The notes below the pieces were generated by a model. The model saw only the letters and a program-made list of their open reading frames with translations. It had not been told where the DNA came from and searched no databases. A stretch of 64,000 nt of DNA from Laetmonice hystrix (Eukaryota), in contig OZ249438.1 of the NCBI GenBank assembly GCA_965235115.1, positions 41,788,001-41,852,000 of the forward strand, written 5' to 3'. The position numbers were made by a program, and so were the translations under genes. Each line of letters begins with the position of its first letter. Within the stretch, counting starts at the first letter, position 1. This document shows positions 1 through 10,297 of the stretch, piece after piece.

Positions 1-997
1 GCTTTAATTCAACACACCACACACTACATGTCCTTCTTGTACATAGTTTTTTTGTCTTAACCAGTGCCTCTATAAAAGAAAATACAAATTTATCATGTGT
101 TATAATATCTGGCATGTACCGATACACCTCATTCCATTGATCTTCAACCTCAATGGAAAATGGGAAGCAGACTTAAGCGTTGTAATTCTCTATCCTTATC
201 TAAGAAAGATAATTAACGGCAAAGAAAAGTGTTTGAAGTATCTTGTAGTTTGCAAGAAATATTTAAATGCCAACTCGACCCTGCAGTTCAGTTGCTACAA
301 TAAAAGGCATGCATGTTGCCTGAATATCAAGTGCTGTGGAACTGTCTAAAGAGATTCTAAAAATGTTGTCATCATGCAGTGATGTCGAAGATCCTGAATG
401 CGCCGGTATTTTTTGCAAACATCTTAATCTTCCTTCTCGCAATATTCTCTACATTTACTGCAGTGACATTTAGCCTTAGGTAACCTGAACATACTGCGCG
501 GTTACTTCCCTGGTTACCGGCATATCTCACAAAATGCCAGCGCATGACAAATTAAAGTCAACCTAGTTCATGGCACAACCTCCGGGTTTTAGATACACGA
601 ACAAGGAATGTTATTTCTAAGGCGGGAGTCAAAGATTGTTTTTGTAAGATCATCCGCACGGTGGACCTTCATGAAGAGACATAGAAAAGTTCAAACTATC
701 AATATAAGGATGTTCAGCATGAACAAGCTTGTTCTTACCTACAATTCTGTGATTATCTGATCTTTAATAAAAGAATAATCAACCGAAATGTAGAGACATT
801 CTCCCGCTGGCTTCGTCCGTTTGTTTACCCTATTTGGCCCTTATCTCAATCTATTAATAGATATAGCTCCCGCTGTCTCGCGTGGGAAATAGCGAATGAC
901 CCGGGCGGTATTTTTAAAAAGTCGCCGTAGACAGTTTTCCACTTATCGGTGTGACCTTAGACACTTTACATGGTGTTACTGGTGTTTAAAGGTACTC

Positions 998-1094
998 GTC
1001 CTTGAAAGTGAAGTTACCAATGGAGACCAAGTCGCCCGGTCCTTGAAAGTGAAGTTACCGATGGAGACGCCGATATGCCTTGAAAGGTTACATT
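998..1094. repeat. Short imperfect tandem duplication, ~41-bp unit, ~2.4 copies
   Basis: GTCCTTGAAAGTGAAGTTACC at 998 and 1039, partial copy at 1078. Confidence 0.8.
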
Positions 1095-1260
1095 AATCCA
1101 ATCTCATTGGTTGTTGGTGTGGCCATCGAACCGGAAGTAGGTCTCTGCGTGACACCTTGCGGCGAGACTGGGAACCTGGCGCGTGATGCCCTCACACAAT
1201 GGAAACGAGTTCAATCACTTAACTAAAACGTTTTCAGAATGAAAATGGCGGAAGATGGCA
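1095..1260 (+). promoter_or_regulatory. Housekeeping-type promoter motif cluster
   Basis: CCAAT 1098-1102, ATTGG 1106-1110, ETS CCGGAAGT 1131-1138 and YY1-type AAAATGGCGG 1242-1251 overlapping an ATG. Confidence 0.45.
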
Positions 1261-1313
1261 ATATCGTGACCTGTATTATCAATGCTCTCTATGAGTGTTG
1301 GGAGCCTGCGAGG
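1239..1313 (+). CDS. Candidate first coding exon of an unidentified gene (MKMAEDGNIVTCIINALYECWEPAR)
   Basis: ATGs at 1239 and 1245 (AAAATGG context), a stop-free 25-codon frame and a donor AGG|GTAGGT at 1314. No downstream exon identified and the peptide is not recognised. Confidence 0.35.
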
Positions 1314-1369
1314 GTAGGTACCCCAGATTGCTCTCCGCTCTCCGTCATACCTGGGATATCTGGGACCGA

Positions 1370-1880
1370 GTTTTGGGGTTAGGGTGGGGTTTAGGGGGAA
1401 TCCAGGGGGCCTAGGGGGCCGGGCCCTCCTTAGATATTTTTTAATGAAGATGCATCAGTACAGTCGCAATCAAATCCTGCCGAGCGTATACGATGCTAAA
1501 TTTTTTTAGGTGCCCCCCTTATCAAAATCCAGGCCCGTAGCCAGGGGGTGTTCGAACAACCCCCCTCCCCAACCCATGGTCTCGGGACCGATGCCAGGAA
1601 TAGCATTTTTATGCCTTCTAAATTCAAAGGACTCCCAGACCCCCCCCCCCCCCTTATGTTATTGGTAAGCTAGGCTCAGACCTCTATGCTTTGAGGAACT
1701 TCAGAAATTCTATCTCCAGATGCCAGGAAATCACGTTTCTTTGCCTTCTGAATTCAAAAATTTTCTAGGGTCTCACTGACCCCCCTAAAATTTCATGGTG
1801 ATATCTTTTTAGGACTTCCCACCAAATAGCGTCGAAAGGTTTTCCCGGGAGATCCACCAAAAGAGGGGTCCTTTTCTCAG
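1370..1880. mobile_element. Degenerate G/C-run-rich interspersed repeat remnant(s)
   Basis: Contains CAGGCCCGTAGCCAGGGGG..TTCGAACAACCCCCC, poly-C runs and an internal ~40-bp direct repeat GATGCCAGGAA..TGCCTTCT(A/G)AATTCAAA (~1590 and ~1720). The style is typical of invertebrate non-autonomous DNA elements; family not identified. Confidence 0.35.
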
Positions 1881-2699
1881 AGTAGATTAAAGATTCCATC
1901 GAGATAATAATGTCGCTGTAGGATTTGTCTTCATCATATTAGCTCTCAGCGATCGATTATACGTGATGAAGTTTATGATCACGTATCTTCAATGAAACAA
2001 CCTTCTGACATTGAATACTGCTGTCGTTACAGCGTTCATAATGCTAACATTCACACATGTAATGTCTCAGTCTCAGGACTCCCTAGGCAGGAGATCAAGG
2101 TTCACGGGACTTTCTGGAACATTATAGGATGTTCTTCTAATGATCAATTGGTCGGGAACAAATATATGGGTTTCCTCCTCGCTCAGGTCGGTCGCCTTCG
2201 CAGTGGCAGATTGCTCGTTAATATCCAGAAAATCCAATATTTCTATTTTGTAATTCACATAGCTGTCAGATACGGTCCGTCCTGTTGTCAGGCTGCGGTT
2301 TATCCGTCTTCATCAGGCTTTCAAAGTGGCTGCGCGGCCGTCCAATTTCGCAGGTGTTATAGTCCTGTTCCTCGACAGACACCCAACACCAGCCCATTCG
2401 GTGGTCCATGGCGTGAAAGCCCGAGCCAGGCACCCTCTGTTCACCAGGAAAGAAACGTGAGACAGCACTGAATCCTAATGTCTCAGTCCGCCGTCTGTTC
2501 ATGTTACTGAGTGCCATCCGAGTCGGGGGAAGGCTGAGTGGGGCAGGCGAAATATGGCCCTGCGTGCAACACAACGGAGCGAAGGAATTCGGTCCTCTTC
2601 CTCCATACGTGCGTCCCTGGGGTAAAGGAGCACGCCCCCTGGAGAATTATGTGAAGCCTTTGGTACAGGCTGCTTGAAATATGGGCCCATGTCCACATA

Positions 2700-2879
2700 G
2701 GCGATTGTCCTTGCGACCTTCATGCGATTTTTGACATCGCCCTTTTATTTTACTATGATTTTGAGATTAAAGGATGAACTCCATTTCCAGAAACAGGGAA
2801 GGCCAACCAGGAAAGAATTATAGAGCGACATTCCACCATTAAATAAAAAAATCGCCTGGCCGTCGCAAGGACAATCGCC
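2700..2879. mobile_element. MITE-like element, 180 bp, ~33-bp imperfect TIRs
   Basis: GGCGATTGTCCTTGCGAC (2700-2717) is the exact reverse complement of GTCGCAAGGACAATCGCC (2862-2879). After a mismatched patch, GCGATTTTT/AAAAATCGC continues the match. The interior is AT-rich; no clean TSD. Confidence 0.65.
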
Positions 2880-4559
2880 GTAATAGGCAAGGCCCTTAAA
2901 ACACGGTTATATCATTTTATCATCAACACTGCAGCAGCCTCCCTTTAAGAGGGTCAAATCAAAATGAAAGGTTAACAACTATCCCTCTAGTTGAATAAAT
3001 GAAAGTGAATTGCGTTTATTGGATGTCTTTAAGGGATTCACAATAAGCATGTTCTGAAGGTTTCCGCGAGTCAGAGCTAACCTCCGCTGCTCTGGCCTCG
3101 TTCTGGGCGCAGTGGCGGTGAACATGGCATATTTGTGCGAGTTTCACGCTTGATTCCACCACAAGATGTCGTTAGCCGTCGCCAGGATTGTGAGGGAAGT
3201 CGACAACATCCAGCAAAGAGGGCAACAAGGAGTATCTAAACACAGGCAGATTGCTGGATTCTTGTTATCCGGCAGTGCCAGCATGTATTGCTGCTATTGA
3301 CCGGCCGGGCCCACTTTGTAAGTGACTTGATATGAAGAGAGCCAGTTGTGCGCCGATAATAGGACGCTGATCAGACGCTGTCCCGGCGTCCTCATGACCA
3401 CGTTCACGGCCTCTGATTACGCCTGCTGGTGTCACATCCAATTTTGTCCCTCATATCATTTAGATCAGCCCAGATGATCTATGTACCGGATCCGCGCGAA
3501 AAGAAATCAATGAAATTGTGTTGTGGTAGAATTGGGCCCACTGTAAGGAGATCAAAGTGGGGGAAGGGATTTCAACCCGCCTTTACCAAGTGTCACAGAG
3601 ATATCACCCCCGTCTCCATGGATCCAGTAGGAATCGGTGTTACGATAACCTCTTGCAGGTCAATAGCTGCTAAATGTAATGGGAATGTGCCGATAAAGAG
3701 CATGATCTAGACAGCTCCATCCTCCACCAGGAAACAGTCAATGTGTGTATATTACTGTCGAATTTCTTTGCCAATTGCCTAACCTTGCTGCACACACGAC
3801 ACGATGGTTAGGTAAGGAAGGATCAAGCAGTACTCTGGAGGAAAATCACAACTATTCGATTGTATTTATAAGTAATCCATCACTAGGAAACCGTAATCAC
3901 CCAGATGTTGCCCGATGATAGTGATTCTCTCGGGCTTAGATATAAATTCAGATCAGCCTCAAACTTTCTCATACCAATCCGCCTCAGACTTTCTCACACA
4001 GATCAGCCTCAATTTTTCTCATACCGAACGTACAATTGCAAGCCACTACCATTAGACCCACCACGCGATTTCCGCGGTCCCAGCATATATGACGTAATGT
4101 AAGAAACATAGGTTTTAAAAAGGCAATGGCTGCTGCCAAAGTACTTTGGGCGGAAGACCACCAAAAGGCTATTGCCAAAGTACCAATCAAAATACAGTAT
4201 TTATACTTTGGCAGCAACAAGCCAGGGTAATTGCTGCCAAAGTACCAATGGGCGACTGGCTTACAAACTGCTTGTTGCCTGATCCTGCCAAAGTACTTTG
4301 GAAGCAAGAAACATGTATACGGTCAACTCGGGGTTGATGCATGTAACAAAGTACTGTGTCCGCATTATAAAGCCACGCGATTGTGCAGAAGACCGTGGGC
4401 TTCAGTATCAAACTTTGTCAGCAACTTTATCAGGAATTCTTGTTGCCCATGTGGACGAAGAACTTTGTCTGGAAGCGCTGTTACCAAAGTCTATGGGTAC
4501 ACATGCACTGAAGTGTGAAAAAGTTGTTAGGGGACGTTCAGACTATTACCGCGTTATAT

Positions 4560-4682
4560 CAGTGGCTGATCCGGGGGTAGGGAGTTAACCCCCTAGCCAA
4601 TTTTGTCTTTTTTCACCATTGAACGGTCTTAATTGTCCATGACTACTCCCCCGCCCCCTTCCTAAATCCCGCATTCGCCCTG
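4560..4682. mobile_element. Small MITE-like element with CAG(T)GGC..ATCC / ..GCCCTG-type ends
   Basis: Starts CAGTGGCTGATCCGGGGG, ends GCATTCGCCCTG, flanked by TAT on both sides. Similar termini occur at 16862-17115 and 61381-61515. Confidence 0.45.
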
Positions 4683-5269
4683 TATCAGTACGGTTTTTAA
4701 TACCAAAGTAGGCCTACTTTGACAGGAAAAAGTGTGATTAGGCCTATACTACAATTTCTAAGCATGACCTACTGTGCCAACGTCCTTTTTGTCTGGAAAC
4801 ATGAAATCTCTGGACCTGAGATTTAGTCTTGACTCACTTTTTCATGACACACAGGGACATTTTCGATGGCGAAGTACTTTGTCAGGTGACGCTGTCTTAA
4901 CATGACGTTTATTGACAGAATAAAGTCAGGAAGTCAAGTGGTACTATATTTTGAACATGAGCTTTATTGCCAACGACCCTTCACATTGGACATAGAGAAT
5001 TACAACTGTCGGTGTGGAGAAAATCTTAGGTGTAAAAGCAAAAGGTATACTCGTAGTTTGCTGACGTAATCAAGGTAATGTAGGCCTACTTATATACATG
5101 TAGGCCTATATAATTTGGAGATGCCAATTAACATGCAAAACTGTGTAACCCTGAAAAAAGCCTTTCAGAACTTCCTTCGCGAGTTACAGTAAAACAGCCT
5201 GCGGTAATTTGGCCTGAATCTGTATAGTAAGATGGAACACTTGGAAAAAGTGGACACCAGTGGCAACAG

Positions 5270-6073
5270 TAATTAGGTAATCGCAAAGCAGGCTAACCCC
5301 CTACCCCTTGCTGTCACAGTACTTTGGTAATAGCAAAACAGCCTAACCCCCTACCCCTTGCTGCCAGTGTACTTTGGTAATAGCAAAACAGCCTAACCCC
5401 CTACCCCTTGCTGCCACAGTACTTTGGTAATAGCAAAACAGCCTACCCCCCCTACCCCTTGCTGCCACAGTACCTTGGCAATAACAATGCAGCCTAACCC
5501 CTACCCCTTGCTGCACCATTACTTTGGCAATAACAATGCAGCCTAACGCCCTACCTCTTGCTGCCACAGTACCTTGGCAATAACAATGCAGCCTAACCCC
5601 CTACCCCTTGCTGCCACAGTACCTTGGCAATAACAATGCAGCCTAACCCCCTACCCCTTGCTGCACCATTACTTTGGCAATAACAATGCAGCCTAACGCC
5701 CTACCCCTTGCTGCCACAGTACCTTGGCAATAACAATGCAGTCTAACCCCCTACCCCTTGCTGCACCATTACTTTGGCAATAACAATGCAGCCTAGCGCC
5801 CTACCTCTTGCTGCCACAGTAACTTGGCAATAACAATGCAGCCTAACTCCCTACCCCTTGCTGCCACAGTGCTTTGGTAATAGCAAAGCAGCCTAACCCC
5901 CTACCCCTTGCTGCCACAGTACCTTGGCAATAACAATGCAGCCTAACCCCCTACCCCTTGCTGCCACAGTACCTTGGCAATAACAATGCAGCCTAACGCC
6001 CTACCCCTTGCTGCCACAGTACCTTGGCAATAACAATACAGCCTAACCCCCCGCCCCTTGCTGCCACGGTAAC
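5270..6073 (-). repeat. 50-bp tandem array (left arm), ~15-16 copies
   Basis: Unit GCAGCCTAACCCCCTACCCCTTGCTGCCACAGTACCTTGGCAATAACAAT, the reverse complement of the 6470-9064 unit. Confidence 0.97.
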
Positions 6074-6079
6074 AATTTG

Positions 6080-6220
6080 TTGACCGATGTTGTCAGCTTT
6101 GGTTTCCGTTGTCTAAGCTGTTCACATTGATAATGAAACCAGACATGACAATTGTCGCACTGGATTTCTTGGCGCGGCCAGATCTGATGCGGTGCAGTCC
6201 CTCGCTCCACAGTTATTTGA
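6080..6220 (-). pseudogene. Frameshifted PHD-finger (C4HC3) remnant
   Basis: The minus strand reads IQCDNCHVWFHYQCEQL (C-x2-C-x4-H-x2-C, PHD-typical WFH). The adjacent upstream sequence reads NNCGARDC in another frame. The last Cys pair is not intact. Confidence 0.55.
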
Positions 6221-6469
6221 ATGGTTTGGCCAAGAACTGCTGGTACGTATGTTGGCGGTAGTCTGGTACGTGGAGCTGCGTGAGTGATGGAGGTGGCACT
6301 CCTCTCACGAGTGCATCTGCATTCTGAATTTAAAAAAATGTCGACACTCATCAATAAATCAATTTTATTTTTATCAAATTGATCCGTCGCTTTGCCATAA
6401 ATGGTAAAGTTTATGGTTACAGTGCAAGTAATCAAAGAGTCTATCAATTTTAACTGATATGACAGATGG

Positions 6470-9064
6470 CAGATTACCAAGGTAATGTGAGAGCAAGGGG
6501 CAGGGCGTTAGGCTGTATTGTTATTGCCAAGATACTGTGGCAGCAAGGAGCAGAGGGTTACGCTGCATTGTTATTGCCAAAGTACTGTGGCAGCAAGGGG
6601 CAAGGCGTTAGGCTGCATAGTTATTGCCAAAGTACTGTGAGAGCAAGAGGCAGGGCGTTAGGCTGTATTGTTATTGCCAAGATACTGTGGCAGCAAGGAG
6701 CAGAGGGTTACGCTGCATTGTTATTGCCAAAGTACTGTGGCAGCAAGGGGCAAGGCGTTAGGCTGCATAGTTATTGCCAAAGTACTGTGAGAGCAAGAGG
6801 CAGGGCGTTAGGCTGTATTGTTATTGCCAAGATACTGTGGCAGCAAGGAGCAGAGGGTTACGCTGCATTGTTATTGCCAAAGTACTGTGGCAGCAAGGGG
6901 CAAGGCGTTAGGCTGCATAGTTATTGCCAAAGTACTGTGGCAGCAAGCGGCAGAGGGTTACGCTGCATTGTTATTGCCAAAGTACTGTGGCAGCAAGGGG
7001 CATGGGGTTAGGCTGCATTGTTATTGCCAAAATAACTGTGGCAGCAAGGGGTAGGGGGTTAGGCTGCATTGTTATTGCCAAGGTACTGTGGCAGCAAGAG
7101 GTAGGGGGTTAAGCTGCATTGTTATTGGCAAAGCAATGTGGTAGCAAGAGGTAGTGGGTTAGGCTGCATTGTTATTGCCAAGGTACTGTGGCAGCAAGGG
7201 GTAGGGGGTTAGGCTGCATTGTTATTGCCAAAGCAATGTGGTAGCAAAAGGTAGGGGTTTAGGCTGCATTGTTATTGCCAAAGTACTGTGGCAGCAAGGG
7301 GCATGGGATTAGGCTGCATTGTTATTGCCAAAGTACTGTGGCAGCAAGGAGCAGGGCGTTACGCTGCATTGTTATTGCCAAAGTACTGTGGCAGCAAGGG
7401 GCATGGGATTAGGCTGCATTGTTATTGCCAAAGTACTGTGGCAGCAAGGAGCAGGGCGTTAGGCTGCATGGTTATTGCCAAAGTAACTGTGGCAGCAAGG
7501 GGTAGGGGGTTATGCCGCACTGTTATTGCCAAAGTACTGTGGCAGCAAGGGGTAGGGCTTAAGGCAGCATTGTTATTGCCAAAGTACTGTGGCAGCAAGG
7601 GGCAAGGCGTTAGGCTGCATGGTTATTGCCAAAGTACTGTGGCAGCAAGGGGCAGGGGGTTAGGCTGTATTGTTATTGCCAAAGTAACTGTGGCAGCAAG
7701 GGGTAGGGGGTTAGGCTGCATTGTTTTTGCCAAGGTACTGTGGCAGCAAGGGTTAGGGGGTTAGGCCGCATTTTTATTACCAAATTACTGTGGCAGCAAG
7801 GGGTAGGGCTTAAGGCTGCATGGTTATTGCCAAAGTACTGTGGCAGCACGGGGCAGGGGGTTAGGCTGTATTGTTATTGCCAAAGTAACTGTGGCAGCAA
7901 GGGGTAGGGGGTTAGGCTGCATTGTTATTGCCAAGGTACTGTGGCAGCAAGGGTTAGGGGGTTAGGCCGCATTGTTATTACCAAAGTACTGTGGCAGCAA
8001 GGGGTAGGGCTTAAGGCTGCATTGTTATTGCCAAAGTACTGTGGCAGCAAGGGGCAGGGGGTTAGGCTGTATTGTTATTGCCAAAGTAACTGTGGCAGCA
8101 AGGGGTAGGGGGGTTAGGCTGCATTGTTATTGCCAAGGTACTGCGGCAGCAAGGGGTAGGGGGTTAGGCTGCATTGTTATTGCCAAAGCAATGTGGTAGC
8201 AAGAGGTAGGGGTTTAGGCTGCATTGTTATTGCCAAAGTACTGTGGCAGCAAGGGGCATGGGGTTAGGCTGCATTGTTATTGCCAAAGTACTGTGGCAGC
8301 AAGGAGCAGGGCGTTAGGCTGCATGGTTATTGCCAAAGTAACTGTGGCAGCAAGGGGTAGGGGGTTAGGCTGCATTGTTATTGCCAAAGTACTGTGGCAG
8401 CAAGGGGTAGGGCTTAAGGCAGCATTGTTATTGCCAAAGTACTGTGGCAGCAAGGGGCAAGGCGTTAGGCTGCATGGTTATTGCCAAAGTACTGTGGCAG
8501 CAAGGGGCAGGGGGTTAGGCTGTATTGTTATTGCCAAAATAACTTTGGCAGCAAGGGGTAGGGGGTTAGGCTGCATTGTTATTGCCAAGGTACTGAGGCA
8601 GCAAGGGTTAGGGGGTTAGGCCGCTTTTTTATTACCAAAGTACTGTGGCAGCAAGGGGTAGGGCTTAAGGCTGCATGGTTATTGCCAAAGTACTGTGGCA
8701 GCACGGGGCAGGGGGTTAGGCTGTATTGTTATTGCCAAAGTAACTGTGGCAGCAAGGGGTAGGGGGTTAGGCTGCATTGTTATGGCCAAGGTACTGTGGC
8801 AGCAAGGGGTAGGGCGTTAGGCTGCATTGTTATTGCCAAAGTAATGTGGTAGCAAGAGGTAGGGGGTTAGGCTGCATTGTTATTGCCAAAGTACTGTGGC
8901 AGCAAGGGGCATGGGGTTAGGCTGCATTGTTATTGCCAAAGTACTGTGGCAGCAAGGGGCAGGGCGTTAGGCTGCATTGTTATTGCCAAAGTACTGTGGC
9001 AGCAAGGGGTAGGGGGTTAGGCTGCATTGTTATTGCCAAAGTACTGTGGCAGCAAGGGGTAGGG
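6470..9064 (+). repeat. 50-bp tandem array (right arm), ~50 copies
   Basis: Unit ATTGTTATTGCCAAAGTACTGTGGCAGCAAGGGGTAGGGGGTTAGGCTGC. The first ~450 bp form three near-identical 150-bp trimers. Confidence 0.98.
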
Positions 9065-9516
9065 CGTATCATAATCACATCTGTAATAGTTAAGATCTGG
9101 CCTTGTTACACCCCTGTAACAATTATGGCAAAATGATTTTAACTTCTCTCTGAGTTACCGTTAATCATGTCAAATAATGTAGAAATGAACTAACCTTATC
9201 CCCTCTGGGATCCGTATGTCTTGTCTTCCTGGATGTTTTTATAGATACGTCTTCACAGTTTCTGAGGCGTATATGTGATAAACAACATTCTGACCCTGCT
9301 TGTACTGGTCAAATTCCTCAAAAAGCTATGGTCCGTCGGAAACGTCTCACCCAGCTTCATTATAGCGGGACTATTCAAGATGGCACCTCCTGGTCCTAGT
9401 CTTGGCGCCAAAAAATCTAGGTCATATGTAACAAAGCTTCTGATTGGGACTTTGACAATAGCGTTTTGGTCGTCTTCCACCCAAAGTACTTTGGCAGTAG
9501 ACACTCCGTTTTAAAA

Positions 9517-10297
9517 ATGGCGTCATTTTGTAGCTGTCTGCACTGAAAACGCGACCAAAAACATGTTTTTTAAGCGATTCTGGCACTTTTTTCACTCAGG
9601 CCTGGTCGCCAAGATTTTGCATATGAAATAACAATACCTCCCTTCTCTTCCTGGCAAAACACCAGGTGGCGGCCATGGTTACGACCTTGACCTTTAGTGT
9701 CGGCCGGGAAGCGCTAACAGTAATTTTTGTTGACAAAAGTGTTCTGTCTGTCTGTTGTCATGTATGCAGCTAAACCGGCTGATGAAGACGAGTTGTTAAT
9801 GCTAATAAACAAAGCTTATTGTTCTGACAAATGTTCATCCAGTTGTGATAATAATCCACTTGGATATGGATCTGGGTAGTCGGTTCAAGGCAGATCAGTT
9901 CACTGCATGCACTGTACCAGTCTTTTACATTCATTGAATAAAGCTGATTCACGCGAACTTTGACCTTTTCTGACCTTATGTAGTAAAGGTCAGGCTATGG
10001 GGTCACTTGGTCGGAACGCTGGAAATGGGATACACTCTGAAACTTACAATCTATGGGTTTGATTTATCACAAACACCTCCTTATCTCCTGGCCATGTCCT
10101 TACACTGCAAAAACTGTACCTTAGCCACTGAGATCATTAATTGACCTTTGACCTCCGTCATTAACATAATTTATGCAGATATTCTGCTAAAACCTGTTTT
10201 AACGTAAACCATAGGTCCTCTACATGCAAAAACTGGTATTAACCCAAAATTGATTTTCTAGCATGGAACCACCCTTTTTGCATGGTGGGTCACATAT
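9517..10297. mobile_element. Probable DNA-transposon terminal segment (TGACCTT-rich), ending GGTGGGTCACATAT
   Basis: Repeated TGACCTT(T)GAC motifs and a terminus-like end. No coding capacity; family not identified. Confidence 0.3.

Larger units (their letters stand above)
4113..9516. mobile_element. Foldback-like non-autonomous element with TIRs and inverted internal satellite arms
   Basis: 4113-4191 and 9439-9516 are reverse complements (about 10 mismatches and 1 gap over ~79 bp by hand alignment). Internal arrays at 5270-6073 and 6470-9064 are the same 50-bp unit in opposite orientation. The core GCCAAAGTAC is shared by the TIRs, degenerate copies at 4200-4890 and the satellite. Confidence 0.65.

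Noticed and set aside
1375-1400. Telomere-like TTAGGG/TTTAGGG words
   Set aside because: They are one or two isolated copies in a G-rich patch, not a telomeric array.
1990-2723. Same-frame minus-strand ORFs suggesting a decayed gene or viral insert
   Set aside because: There are four stops in the ~80 intervening codons, as expected at random, and no recognisable motif.
6466-9136. Cys-rich repetitive ORFs (LLLPKYCGSKG...)
   Set aside because: They are translations of the 50-bp satellite.
9659-9672. CTCF-like motif ACACCAGGTGGCGG (weaker ones near 52140 and 63205)
   Set aside because: These are single short matches, expected by chance or within repeats, with no supporting data.
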